64,000 nt of DNA from Leptospirales bacterium (GCA_040326155.1 JBEQLE010000005.1:27041-91040); one strand, 5' to 3'. Shown: positions 46,635 to 56,556, numbered from the stretch's first letter. The notes: generated by a model not told the origin, from the sequence alone. Program-made: numbers and translations.

Positions 46635-47093
46635 TTAATTCAGTAACCTTTTATCAAAAGAATATTTCTTAATATCATGGATTTTAACATATCTAATATC
46701 AGGGTGGGCCGGATTGATCAGGATATTGTATTCATTTTCTACTAAAACAGAAGGTACACGTAAAAGTAATGACTGATTATGTAAAATCCAATCTGAGCCT
46801 ATTGCACCAAGCTGGCTGGGCGAGGGGAATTCCCTCCAGTTACGCGGTAAAGTACCTGTGTCCATAATTTGATGTGAAATTTTATCATTAATTTCGATGG
46901 ATGCTATGCACAAGTCATCCGGAATAATCGAGATAGGAAGATGCACAAGATATTCTATGCTTGCTAAAGCCCTGGTTTCGGAGGCGTAAATGACACTTGA
47001 ACCTTTATAATTCCACCTGCCGCCATAAATTCTTGCACCACTGCCAGAAAGGTCATTAATATATTTTTCTTTGGCAATTCTGTATACATTCAT
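46635..47093 (-). CDS. RES-domain NAD+-degrading toxin
   Basis: VYRI, SGSGARIYGGRWN, LASIEYLVH, LRVPSV, EYNILINPAH. Confidence 0.93.
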   Translation of the reverse strand: MNVYRIAKEKYINDLSGSGARIYGGRWNYKGSSVIYASETRALASIEYLVHLPISIIPDDLCIASIEINDKISHQIMDTGTLPRNWREFPSPSQLGAIGSDWILHNQSLLLRVPSVLVENEYNILINPAHPDIRYVKIHDIKKYSFDKRLLN

Positions 47094-47626
47094 TATGAAA
47101 AAACACCATGTTCAATTCTACCCAATTCATCAAGTATCATATCGACTCCAAATTTTGATTGCAGTAAACTCAAAGGAGTTTTATTGGCAAACGATACACA
47201 GGGATAATTCATCCAGGAAATAAACTTGCTTTTGTCATGAAATACTTCTGCTCCTTTGGCGCTCACTTCAGCAATTTGTAAAATATGATCAGACACATCA
47301 GGGCTAAAGTGTTTGTTTTTGTTGTATCTTTGAATTGTTCGTTCCGTAATTGGTAAAATATCAGCCATTTGCTTTGCGGAATAATTTAAATAATTTGCAA
47401 GATGTTCAAAAGCATTTTTTGAAAGACCTTTTCGACCAATCTCAATTAAATCTAAGCGACTTTCAATCTTTCGGTGAAGCACTTTCATGCCACCAAGTAT
47501 GTTCGAAATCCCACTGAGAGAACTCTTACTCCCAAAATTTTCATGGTTAGATATACGACCACTGCTCTTTAATTTTTTACGCGCAATCTTATTGCGTGTA
47601 TCTGTTTTACTTTTACGAATATTCAT
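47093..47626 (-). CDS. Xre/MbcA/ParS antitoxin
   Basis: HTH (ITERTIQRY) and C-terminal TPLSLL...GVDMILDELGRIEHG. TAATG-coupled to the RES gene. Confidence 0.92.
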   Translation of the reverse strand: MNIRKSKTDTRNKIARKKLKSSGRISNHENFGSKSSLSGISNILGGMKVLHRKIESRLDLIEIGRKGLSKNAFEHLANYLNYSAKQMADILPITERTIQRYNKNKHFSPDVSDHILQIAEVSAKGAEVFHDKSKFISWMNYPCVSFANKTPLSLLQSKFGVDMILDELGRIEHGVFS

Positions 47627-47686
47627 TTGTTACCTCAGTTATATTACTATCTAGTTTAAGCTGTTACGATAAACGACAGTAGTACA

Positions 47687-47715
47687 ATAATATACGACAA
47701 TTGTCTGGTCGTCAA
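47687..47715 (-). promoter_or_regulatory. Promoter of xre-RES with palindromic spacer
   Basis: Minus strand TTGACG-17 bp-TATTAT, with palindrome GACAATTGTC (47696-47705) in the spacer. Confidence 0.7.
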
Positions 47716-47769
47716 GGAATTATTGTGTTATTAGAATACATCAAAGCTATGGAAAACAAAGAATAACTA

Positions 47770-47795
47770 TAAGGAAAGCAGGAATTACAGGAAAA
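47770..47795 (+). repeat. Purine-rich dispersed repeat, copy 5
   Basis: taaggaaagcaggaattacaggaaaa. Confidence 0.8.
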
Positions 47796-47891
47796 TATAA
47801 ACAAGTCTGTAGTGCGGTCGCATTCCGAACTACGTACAGGTGGAATATCTACCTTTACCATGCGAATATTCCAGGGAATGGTCGGCCATAT
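47792..47891. repeat. ~100-bp junction element, copy B
   Basis: Homologous to 13067-13169. Can fold as ggtcg-cattcc / ggaatg-gt-cggcc enclosing tggaatat / atattcca. Confidence 0.75.
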
Positions 47892-47973
47892 ATGAATTGG
47901 TTTTAGCCTGAATGAAACAACAACGGGGTTCAAAGGTTTGACAGGTCGTCTCAATTTGGCTTTATGCACAATC

Positions 47974-49308
47974 ATGTCAAAAATAACTATAAATAAAATA
48001 AGCCGTGTCAAGTTCAAGGCAACTGTAAAGCCTACAACCGAAGAATTTGCAGGGGCAGAAACACAAGTCTTTGATAAAGTTCGATCGGGTGTAAAGCTTG
48101 ATGGTTTTAGAAAAGGTAAAGCGCCGGAGCATATTATAAAAAGTAAGTATGCAGCTGATATAGCCGACAAAACCTTACAAAGTCTACTTGAAATTGCAGC
48201 CGACCAGATTATTACTGAAAATAAGGTAGCCTTATATCGCATAAGCACTATTGATAATGTAAAACCAGAAAAGGACAACTATAGTTTTGACCTTACCTAT
48301 GAAATTGAGCCTCCCATCGAACTCGGGAAAATGAAGAATTATACTCTTAAAGAAGATATTCCGGTTATTTCTAAAAGCGATATCGAAAAAGAGGTGAAAG
48401 AAGTACAAAAGGTGTACGCGCAAACCGAAATAAAAAAACCCGAAGAGGGGGCCGAAAAAGGTGACATGGTTACAATGTCCCTGGAGCATTGGGATGATGA
48501 CCTTCCGCTCGGGCAACCCCAGGAAGGGGTTCAGGTGATACTCGGGGAAAATCAATTTTCTGAGAAACTGGAATTGGAAATGATTTCGAAACCAGCTAAA
48601 CCAGGGGATGAGTTTCGTGAAACTGTTGAAACCGATGTGCCTGATGAAAACGGTGAAACGAAGAAAAAGAACATCGACAATCTGGCCAAGGTACATGCAA
48701 TTTATAAAATTGTTTATCCTGAATTGAATGAAGAACTATTTCAAAAGCATGATCCGGATTGTAAAACTCTGGACCAGTTAAAGAAAAAACTGGAAAAATC
48801 AATGATCAGTCGATTTTCCAGAAAAAATATTGCGCAGGAAATAAATCGCGTGGTGGATGAAATTATTAAAGACGCCGATATTGAGTTTCCTGAAAATTAC
48901 GTTGAGGATAAATTTAAAAAGTATCTTGGTGAAAATAAACAACATTTCGATCAAATTCCTGATGATAAACTTAAAGAGATTAAAGATCTTTACACAGGTG
49001 AGATACGTAATCGCCTCGTGAATGATCATTTAATGAAAAAAGCGACTGAAAAATTAACAGACTACAAAGAAAGTTTTGTCGATTATCTATCCACTGAGTT
49101 TGATGAAAAAACAGGTAATATTGGTCGTCAGCTTTATGAGTCGATGGTGGAACAAAAGCAGAAAGATGAATATTCCGGGAAAATGCTTGATAATCTTTTA
49201 AAGTATTATCATTACTATCTGCTGGAAACATATTTTCGAACGCAAAGTATGGTGAAAAAGAATAAAAAAATCCCTTTTGAAAAATATATGAGTGAAACGA
49301 AAGCTTAA
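47974..49308 (+). CDS. tig: Trigger factor
   Basis: Ribosome-binding motif LDGFRKGKAP, FKBP-like middle (AEKGDMVT), PELNEE. Confidence 0.9.
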   Translation: MSKITINKISRVKFKATVKPTTEEFAGAETQVFDKVRSGVKLDGFRKGKAPEHIIKSKYAADIADKTLQSLLEIAADQIITENKVALYRISTIDNVKPEKDNYSFDLTYEIEPPIELGKMKNYTLKEDIPVISKSDIEKEVKEVQKVYAQTEIKKPEEGAEKGDMVTMSLEHWDDDLPLGQPQEGVQVILGENQFSEKLELEMISKPAKPGDEFRETVETDVPDENGETKKKNIDNLAKVHAIYKIVYPELNEELFQKHDPDCKTLDQLKKKLEKSMISRFSRKNIAQEINRVVDEIIKDADIEFPENYVEDKFKKYLGENKQHFDQIPDDKLKEIKDLYTGEIRNRLVNDHLMKKATEKLTDYKESFVDYLSTEFDEKTGNIGRQLYESMVEQKQKDEYSGKMLDNLLKYYHYYLLETYFRTQSMVKKNKKIPFEKYMSETKA

Positions 49309-49341
49309 ATATTTTTTTCTTTTCGGCGTACCAGACCTGAA

Positions 49342-50094
49342 ATGCTAATTAGCCACAGAAAAAAATTTATCTACACGAAAACCGTTAAAACTGCCGGAAC
49401 AAGTGTTGAGTCTTACTTTGAGAAATATTGTATGCCTGAAGGGCAGTGGAAACCCTCCCATTCTCGCGCCGTTTATGAGACTGAATCTGGAGTTATTGGA
49501 AAACGGGGACCTGACCAGACTGCTAAATGGATAAAAAAATTTAAAGCAAAACCAAAATGGAAATCGCATATGCCGGCTGTGAAAATTAAAAATCTAGTCG
49601 ACGAGAAGCTCTGGAACTCTTATTTTAAATTTTGTGTCATTCGAAACCCATATGATAAAATGGTTTCCATGTTTTATATGAAGCTTCAAGAAGAGAAAGA
49701 GTATTCGCAATATAAAAAGTTTAAAATTGGGCTAAAAAAGAAATTTAATATAGGCGACCCTTTTGACCTTTCTACCGGGGACGACGATACCGAGCGTTTT
49801 AAAGACTGGGTAAAAAAAGGCGGAAAAATTATCGACCGAAACATGTATATCATCCAGGATGATGTTTGTGTTGATTTTTTTATTCGCTACGAAGAGCTGG
49901 AAAGTGGTATTAAAGAAGTATGTAAAAAAATTGCGGTTCCCTTTGAACCTGATCGAATACCCAGGTTTAAAAGCGGTCGGCGTAAAACGAATACCGAACT
50001 TGCCGACTTTTACGATGAGCAGGCGAAAGATATAATTACAAAAAAATACCAATTCGAAATCGATACTTTCGGGTATGCACTCAACGTTCAATAA
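49342..50094 (+). CDS. Sulfotransferase family 2 protein
   Basis: ISHRKKFIY.KT.KTAGTS (5'-PSB), FCVIRNPYDKMVS (3'-PB), FIRYE, EIDTFGY. Confidence 0.88.
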   Translation: MLISHRKKFIYTKTVKTAGTSVESYFEKYCMPEGQWKPSHSRAVYETESGVIGKRGPDQTAKWIKKFKAKPKWKSHMPAVKIKNLVDEKLWNSYFKFCVIRNPYDKMVSMFYMKLQEEKEYSQYKKFKIGLKKKFNIGDPFDLSTGDDDTERFKDWVKKGGKIIDRNMYIIQDDVCVDFFIRYEELESGIKEVCKKIAVPFEPDRIPRFKSGRRKTNTELADFYDEQAKDIITKKYQFEIDTFGYALNVQ

Positions 50095-50300
50095 AATGGC
50101 GCCGAAATCTCGGCAAAACCTCCAGAAAATCGGTAAATTTAACCTATCCTGAGGAAGGGGCCTGGGATGAATAAGTCCAATGTGAAATAAATCGAATAAT
50201 TTAAAAACATTTTGTAATAATTTATTGACATTTTCTCTATGTTCTATAAAAAGTTATGGTAATTCGAAATTTATAAATATTCTAGAGGGGAGAAACATAT

Positions 50301-50960
50301 ATGTCTGTCAGTAAACTAAGTTATCAAGAAGCGAGAAAAAGAATGCAACCAGGGGACGTAATTGCCTTTGGAGGTAATAGTCATATTTCAGAAATTATAA
50401 AATTTGCCACATTCTCGGATGTGTCTCATGTAGCGACTGTTATTCAAACAAAAATTCCAGATGATGATTCAGGAAGATTTTTTAACCAGATTATTGAAGC
50501 CACTGGCCACGGTGGTGGGGTAAAAATTGAGAGATTCAGTGACGCTATGGAAGCTGCTCATGGCGATATCTGGTGGCTTCCCCTTAAAAAGGAGATTCGA
50601 GAGAATTCTTTTGACCAGTCAAAGTTTTTCAATTTTCTATTTAACCAGGCTAAACTACGTAAACCTTACGACCTGTCGCAGGCGATTAAATCAGCTATTG
50701 ATATTATTGATACTCTTCCCTTTGGACTTCATGGGCCAGGGCATAACCGCGAAGATTTCAGCAAGTTCTTTTGTTCTGAACTTGTGGCCGCAGGCCTGGA
50801 AGCCTCCGGCGCAGTTGGAAATATGAACGCATCAGAGGTAACTCCGATTGAATTATGCCGATGGAGTATTTATGAAAAAGAATATTACCAGTTAAAAGGT
50901 TCTCCTGAGAATAAAATTAAACGTTACAATAGTCTCGCACCTGAATTGTGGAATGAATAA
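50301..50960 (+). CDS. YiiX/YebB-like permuted papain (NlpC/P60) amidase
   Basis: QPGDVI, SHVA (His), PYD, FFCSELVA (Cys) in permuted order. Confidence 0.85.
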   Translation: MSVSKLSYQEARKRMQPGDVIAFGGNSHISEIIKFATFSDVSHVATVIQTKIPDDDSGRFFNQIIEATGHGGGVKIERFSDAMEAAHGDIWWLPLKKEIRENSFDQSKFFNFLFNQAKLRKPYDLSQAIKSAIDIIDTLPFGLHGPGHNREDFSKFFCSELVAAGLEASGAVGNMNASEVTPIELCRWSIYEKEYYQLKGSPENKIKRYNSLAPELWNE

Positions 50961-51228
50961 CGAATAAAAATCCGAGCATGAATCGTCTTTTTTTTGCAGC
51001 TTTAGAAGCGTATTATATTTTTTTTAGTACTTTTTGAAATGAGTTGCACCATATGGTTTTCATTGATCAAGGTGAATTCAGACAACAATTCGTTTATATT
51101 TGAGACTTTATAGTCAAAATGCGTCTATACAATCCATAAATTGGATAGAAAATGTCCAGAAATGGTATTATATGCTTGCAAAATGTGCAAACAAAGCAAA
51201 ATAATGTATAAAATGGCGTCATCTGCAC

Positions 51229-51256
51229 TTGTGTAAAATAAAGATATTTTACACAA
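51229..51256. promoter_or_regulatory. Perfect 12-bp inverted repeat (candidate operator)
   Basis: ttgtgtaaaata-aaga-tattttacacaa. Confidence 0.6.
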
Positions 51257-51301
51257 ACATGAATTGGAATTTTACTTGCCGAAGCAATAACGATAAATAA
51301 G

Positions 51302-51355
51302 TTGACATAGAAAATAAATTTGTATTTACTTATATAAAGAACAGAAATACAAATT
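51302..51355 (+). promoter_or_regulatory. TTGACA promoter overlapped by an 11-bp inverted repeat
   Basis: TTGACA 51302-07. aatttgtattt (51317-27) / aaatacaaatt (51345-55) spans the -10/+1 region. Confidence 0.6.
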
Positions 51356-51372
51356 AATAATGGAGAATTACT

Positions 51373-52038
51373 ATGCCAGCAAGAAGAAAATTAAGTGAAA
51401 AAGATGCTTTAACACATTTGAAAAGTATCTATAAAATGTTTTTAGATGCGGGGGGCGACCCGAAACGATTTACAATTCGCCACTACAATCGCCTGAATGA
51501 AAATTCACGTTTCTATATTGATGTATACGTGAAAAAACTGGGTGGTTGGAATAACTCTCTTCAAAAAGCCAAGATACCTCTCGGTTTTCGTCAATACAAG
51601 GAATTTAGTAAGGAAGAAATTGCTCAGTATGTAAAAAAAGTGTATAAGCTATACACCGCCGCAAACAAAAAACCCGGCAAATACAAAGGGCAAGAAAAAA
51701 CCTTCCGCATGATAGATTTCCATGACTACAACGAAAAAGCGGGCGGCCGATTTTCTTTGGCTGTAATTTTGAAAAGATTTGGTTCTTGGAGCAATGTGCT
51801 TAGAGAATTAAGTATTCCAATTGGTCGCAGTCGCGGTTTATCGCAAGATCAAATTAAAATACACGTTAAAGCTGTTTACGATAAATTTCGTAAAAAGGCC
51901 GGAAACACTGATAGAGTATTTTCGAAAGAGATGTATGAAAAACACAACTTTATTGAAGATGTCTATATTTCATCTAAATTAGTAGAGCGCCGATTCGGTA
52001 CATGGCTTTCTGCTAAGAAAACTATGAAAATTCAATAA
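51373..52038 (+). CDS. Protein composed of three homing-endonuclease-associated repeats, no nuclease domain
   Basis: Three ~70-aa units ending KKLGGWNNSL, KRFGSWSNVL and RRFGTWLSAK. GGAG RBS. Confidence 0.75.
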   Translation: MPARRKLSEKDALTHLKSIYKMFLDAGGDPKRFTIRHYNRLNENSRFYIDVYVKKLGGWNNSLQKAKIPLGFRQYKEFSKEEIAQYVKKVYKLYTAANKKPGKYKGQEKTFRMIDFHDYNEKAGGRFSLAVILKRFGSWSNVLRELSIPIGRSRGLSQDQIKIHVKAVYDKFRKKAGNTDRVFSKEMYEKHNFIEDVYISSKLVERRFGTWLSAKKTMKIQ

Positions 52039-52060
52039 ATTTCCGTTTCGTGTGAAATTG

Positions 52061-52086
52061 GGTAAGGTCGGTTTTCCGGCCTTATC
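52061..52086. terminator. Hairpin between convergent genes
   Basis: ggtaaggtcgg-tttt-ccggccttatc, overlapping the msbA stop codon. Confidence 0.55.
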
Positions 52087-54043
52087 CTTGAAATTGTAAG
52101 TCGTAAAGTTTCTTATACGTACCTTTATTTTTCAACAATGACTTGTGAGTTCCCTGTTCAATAATTTTCCCATTATCGAATACAAGTATTAAATCGGCTT
52201 TATAGATCGTTGATAAACGGTGAGCAATTACGAATGTTGTTCTGTTTGCCATAAGTCGTTCTAAAGCCTTTTGAACCAATCGTTCTGACTCGGTATCAAG
52301 CGCCGAAGTAGCCTCGTCTAAAATCAAAATTTCCGGGTTTTTGAGCAAGGCTCTGGCAATAGAAATTCTTTGCCTCTGGCCTCCCGATAGAATCATCCCT
52401 CTTTCGCCTATTACAGTGTCATACCCCTCCGGCAGTTTTTGAATAAATTCATGCGCATACGCCATTTTAGACTTTTTGATTATAACTTCTTCTGAAATAT
52501 CATCTCTGCCATAGGCAATATTTTCTCGCAATGTTGTATTAAATAAGAAGATCTCTTGGGTAACGATACCGATTTTTTCGCGTAGATGCTTTAAAGGCAT
52601 TTGACGAATATCAATATCGTCAATGGAAATGGAACCGCTTGTCGGATCATAAAAACGAGAGAGCAGATCGACAAATGTAGATTTACCAGCCCCCGAAGCG
52701 CCTACGAGCGCAATTGTAGAACCCTGTGGAATCTCAATAGAGAGTTTTTTCAGCACTTTTGTTTTTGTGTTGGGGTAGTTAAATGTAACATCCTGGTATT
52801 TAACAGATTTTTTTAGCTTTTTTATATATTTGGGTTCTTCAGGATCGTCAATTTCCGACATTTGGTCGGCCAGGTTAAAAACTCTTTCGCCTGCAGCCGT
52901 TATTCTACTATACAAATTATACCAGTTCGCAAGTTGCTTAATTGGATTTAATATGACCATAAGAGTTACCAAAAAAGTAAAAAAGTTACCGGAGGTAAAT
53001 TTTCCCTGTGTAATTAAATACCCCCCGTAGATAATTAAACCCACCATAATTCCTGAACTGGCAAATTCGATTAAAGAGGGACCGACAGTTTTTAAAAGAC
53101 GAAACTTTGCTACGTTTTTATAAAGTGTATGGTTAATTTTGTAAAAACGGCTTTTTTCAAAATCTTCCATGCCAAAAGCCCGAATGACACGTATGCCACT
53201 GATCATCTCGTGCAAATGGGAACTCAGATCTCCAGTTCCTGTTTGCTCTCTTTTTGTATACTTACGTATTTTACGTGCAATTAAATTAATAGGGTAAATT
53301 ACAAGGGGAACCCCGATAATCGAAATTAACAGCAACTTGTAATTAATAAGAATAAGCAAAATAAGGTGGGTAAAGACAATAAAAAAGTTTGTAATCGAAA
53401 CTCTAAGGTCATTTGCTATGGTATCGGACAATAATTTTACATCATTCACGACCTTGCTTATCCACTCTCCCGTTTTTTCTTGAACGAAATGGTGAATGGG
53501 AAGTGTAATCATTTTATCGTATAGATCTTTTCTCACATCACGGACGGCCAATAGACCGGTCGTTGAAATAAAATACACGGAGGCTAACGATGCAAGTAGT
53601 TTGAAGAAATATAATGGTAGAATTAATAAGGCAACCATGACCATGAGGTCAAAAGGCTCATATTCAATAAAGAAAAGGTTCATTATTAACTTTATTTTGG
53701 AATAAAATCCGGAAAGGCCAGAACCTTGCTCCCGATCTTGCAATCTTTCTATTTTTCCATTTAGCCATTCTCGTTTATCATCGTACATGGAGTGCTTCAT
53801 CAGCTCTTGAAGTTGTGCGGATTTGTCGCCTGTAGCCAGACCGCGAAATTCAGGGTTGCTTAAGTGAATTTGAAACGGTTTTTCAAAACCGGACCCAAGA
53901 ACATCAAAGACAGGTTTTAAAGCAGCCAGGCTCAATGCATTAAACAAGGAGAGTAAAAATGCAAAGAGAACGCCTGTATAAAACCGTTTTTTATATTTAA
54001 ATACATATGCTAACAACCTGCTGAAAATTGGTTTTTCTTTCAT
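52082..54043 (-). CDS. msbA: MsbA-like ABC exporter (fused TMD-NBD)
   Basis: GASGAGKST, LSGGQRQR, LDEATSALD, AHRLST, six-TM exporter domain. Confidence 0.8.
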   Translation of the reverse strand: MKEKPIFSRLLAYVFKYKKRFYTGVLFAFLLSLFNALSLAALKPVFDVLGSGFEKPFQIHLSNPEFRGLATGDKSAQLQELMKHSMYDDKREWLNGKIERLQDREQGSGLSGFYSKIKLIMNLFFIEYEPFDLMVMVALLILPLYFFKLLASLASVYFISTTGLLAVRDVRKDLYDKMITLPIHHFVQEKTGEWISKVVNDVKLLSDTIANDLRVSITNFFIVFTHLILLILINYKLLLISIIGVPLVIYPINLIARKIRKYTKREQTGTGDLSSHLHEMISGIRVIRAFGMEDFEKSRFYKINHTLYKNVAKFRLLKTVGPSLIEFASSGIMVGLIIYGGYLITQGKFTSGNFFTFLVTLMVILNPIKQLANWYNLYSRITAAGERVFNLADQMSEIDDPEEPKYIKKLKKSVKYQDVTFNYPNTKTKVLKKLSIEIPQGSTIALVGASGAGKSTFVDLLSRFYDPTSGSISIDDIDIRQMPLKHLREKIGIVTQEIFLFNTTLRENIAYGRDDISEEVIIKKSKMAYAHEFIQKLPEGYDTVIGERGMILSGGQRQRISIARALLKNPEILILDEATSALDTESERLVQKALERLMANRTTFVIAHRLSTIYKADLILVFDNGKIIEQGTHKSLLKNKGTYKKLYDLQFQG

Positions 54044-55341
54044 ACATCTCCTGCCAATGTAAGGCTTTCAAAATGAACACCAGCGGGTCCAATATAGTTT
54101 TGTCTGCGCACCCGCTCTTTAGAATAATTACATGTAAGTAACCCATCTTTAATATTTCCCGTCACGGAACCTTGTCGAATGGGTATTCTCTTCCCATTTT
54201 TATGGATAAAACCGAGTCTAATTTCACCCGAAAAATTTCCTGAAATCGGGTCGGGTGAAAAAGTTGAAAAACGTAAAAGTTCGATTGTTCCATTGGTAAA
54301 AAAATCTTCGTACGCCGTTTCTCCTGACCCGACTATTGTATTTGTATATCCCGATGTAATCTGTTTTTGTAATAAATGAGAATATTTCCCGTCTATGGCA
54401 AAGTTTGTAACAACACCATCTGTAATTAAATCGACAGGTTTTGTTTCATAGCCGAGTAAATCGCAACAAATACTTCCCGAACAACCTTGAAACTCAGGCG
54501 ATGTCGATAAGTTCAGCTGTTCGACCGGTTTTTTGCCATCATAAATATCATCTTTTTCTTTCCAGATCGAAATATCTTGAAACAGGGCTTCGCCGCTTAA
54601 CTGGTAAATATGAAAATCGAAAAGTGTATCGAGAGCTTCTTCTGCTAAAACGACAGAAAAATTCCCTGTAGGCGGAAGCACTGCTGTAACAATTTGTTCC
54701 AGTTTTGCCGCCTCGTCTTCTAATAACTTGTATAATGGCAAGTCTTGAAAAAAATTACGCGTCATAAAGACCTGAATTTCATGTTCTCGGTCTTGAGACA
54801 AAAGTGAAAAATCGTATAATACTTCACTTTGCGGGTATAGCAGGTCGAGACCTTTTGAATTGGACAGCCTTCGATGCCGGGTTTTAAAGTGGGTTTCGAG
54901 GTAAGATAAACTTGTTCGCTTTTTATGCTTTTCGCAAAAGCGACGAGCAGTCTCTTCAATTTTGAAGATCAGCTCTTGGGCATTTTTATGAATCGAAGCG
55001 TCATAAGTATAACGAGTTTTTTCTTTTTCGGGAAGCCATTTTTCAGATAATTCATAGGCTGGATTCTTAATATAAGAAGCAGATTCAATGGCGCCATCGA
55101 TGTCCTCTTTCCATGTATCCGGCATTCCGTCAAAACGGACAGAACTTTCCCCCATCGAATCTTTCTCGTTCTCTTTTTGGTCTAGAAATACTCCAACCGT
55201 ATTTCTGGTTACAGATGTGTTTCGAATTGCCTCGGTTTTATTGGAGACCATATAGATTTCTTCAGAATGTACTTCCTGCATCTCAATTTGCCAGGCTTTA
55301 AGTTCGGTTCGGTTTTTTAGATAGGGTTCTATGGAATTCAT
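54040..55341 (-). CDS. TldD/PmbA family protein (PmbA-like)
   Basis: PPTGNFSVVL, DLLG, SGNFSGEIRLG, GSVTGN. No HExxxH. Confidence 0.85.
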   Translation of the reverse strand: MNSIEPYLKNRTELKAWQIEMQEVHSEEIYMVSNKTEAIRNTSVTRNTVGVFLDQKENEKDSMGESSVRFDGMPDTWKEDIDGAIESASYIKNPAYELSEKWLPEKEKTRYTYDASIHKNAQELIFKIEETARRFCEKHKKRTSLSYLETHFKTRHRRLSNSKGLDLLYPQSEVLYDFSLLSQDREHEIQVFMTRNFFQDLPLYKLLEDEAAKLEQIVTAVLPPTGNFSVVLAEEALDTLFDFHIYQLSGEALFQDISIWKEKDDIYDGKKPVEQLNLSTSPEFQGCSGSICCDLLGYETKPVDLITDGVVTNFAIDGKYSHLLQKQITSGYTNTIVGSGETAYEDFFTNGTIELLRFSTFSPDPISGNFSGEIRLGFIHKNGKRIPIRQGSVTGNIKDGLLTCNYSKERVRRQNYIGPAGVHFESLTLAGDV

Positions 55342-55456
55342 TCAGGTTTATTCAGTTTTTTATGTTTTATTTCGTTTATTGTCCATATTATGGAGTTTAC
55401 CACCGTTTAATTTGTATTTTGTTTGAAAACGAGTTTTTTTAATAAACAGTGTCCAT

Positions 55457-56503
55457 ATGAAAGTAAAAATTAGTGTACCCGCCACAACGGCAAATATTGG
55501 ACCAGGCTTTGACGTGCTAGGTCTGGCCTTGCAATATAATAACGAATTTTTGTGTGAGGTCAATAGCACCATAGCTGAGGATGATTGGACGGTAAGTTTT
55601 ACGGAACTTGTCGATAAAACGGTGTCGGCAAAAATGCGAACCTCACTGCTCCAGAGTCCCGACAACCTTGTTTTAAAAAGTTACAAAGAAGTTTTTAAAC
55701 AAAAGGGCATAGAGCCGTTACCAGTAAGAATACAAGCTAAAATTGGAATTCCACTCTCGAGAGGCCTCGGCTCTTCTTCTACGGCGATACTGGCCGGGAT
55801 GACACTTGCTAACGAAGCTCTTCGCAAACTTTACGAAAATCCATTTTCGAACTATGATATTTTTAATATGGCGTGCAAAATGGAAGGGCATCCAGATAAC
55901 ATTGCCCCGGCTTTGTATGGTGGTCTTGTTTTAAGCATGGCAGAAAGGTCGGTCGACTCTAATGCTATTCGTACTATTAACAGTACAGATGCTGAGCAAA
56001 AGGCTGACCCCAAGACCAAAGCTGACGTTACACAATATCATGCGCTCCGTATTCCTGTAAACGCTCCGGTAAAACTCGGTGGTATCGTTCCTCATACCAG
56101 CCTGGCGACATCGGAGGCCAGGTTGGTCATTCAACAAACGCAACCTTTGTCTGTTGTCAGTTTTCAAAGTTCAAGAACCGCTGCTCTAACTCATCTTCTG
56201 GCAAAACAAACCTGGGACGAGCAAGACAAAAAACTTTTCACTATAGCCCTGGATGATAAAATACACCAGGACCCCCGTTCGGCATTAATACCTGGAATGA
56301 AAGAGACGTTAACCGCCTGGAAGAAAATGGGAGCGCTCGGAGCGTACCTTTCAGGAGCCGGCACAACTTTAATTGGTTTCTGGGAACTTGACGCCGATAT
56401 AGAAAACCTTGGTTTACGTGACCCATTTCTAATAACCAACGCAGGAGCCACTGAAATATTTCCTACCATAGACAGTTTCGGCTTAACAATCACCTATGTT
56501 TAA
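55457..56503 (+). CDS. thrB: Homoserine kinase
   Basis: PATTANIGPGFDVLG, IPLSRGLGSS, EGHPDN, LSGAG. Confidence 0.96.
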   Translation: MKVKISVPATTANIGPGFDVLGLALQYNNEFLCEVNSTIAEDDWTVSFTELVDKTVSAKMRTSLLQSPDNLVLKSYKEVFKQKGIEPLPVRIQAKIGIPLSRGLGSSSTAILAGMTLANEALRKLYENPFSNYDIFNMACKMEGHPDNIAPALYGGLVLSMAERSVDSNAIRTINSTDAEQKADPKTKADVTQYHALRIPVNAPVKLGGIVPHTSLATSEARLVIQQTQPLSVVSFQSSRTAALTHLLAKQTWDEQDKKLFTIALDDKIHQDPRSALIPGMKETLTAWKKMGALGAYLSGAGTTLIGFWELDADIENLGLRDPFLITNAGATEIFPTIDSFGLTITYV

Positions 56504-56556
56504 TAAGGAAGGAAGGAAAAGATAAGAGGACAGGATTTACAGGATTAACATGATTT
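56504..56556 (+). repeat. Purine-rich dispersed repeat, copy 6, plus ACAGGATTW tandem
   Basis: taaggaaggaaggaaaagataagagg (shortened core) followed by acaggattt-acaggatta-acatgattt. Confidence 0.7.

Noticed and set aside
47626..47974. tRNA gene upstream of tig
   Set aside because: No cloverleaf or acceptor stem found. The ggttcaa stretch lacks the surrounding tRNA structure.
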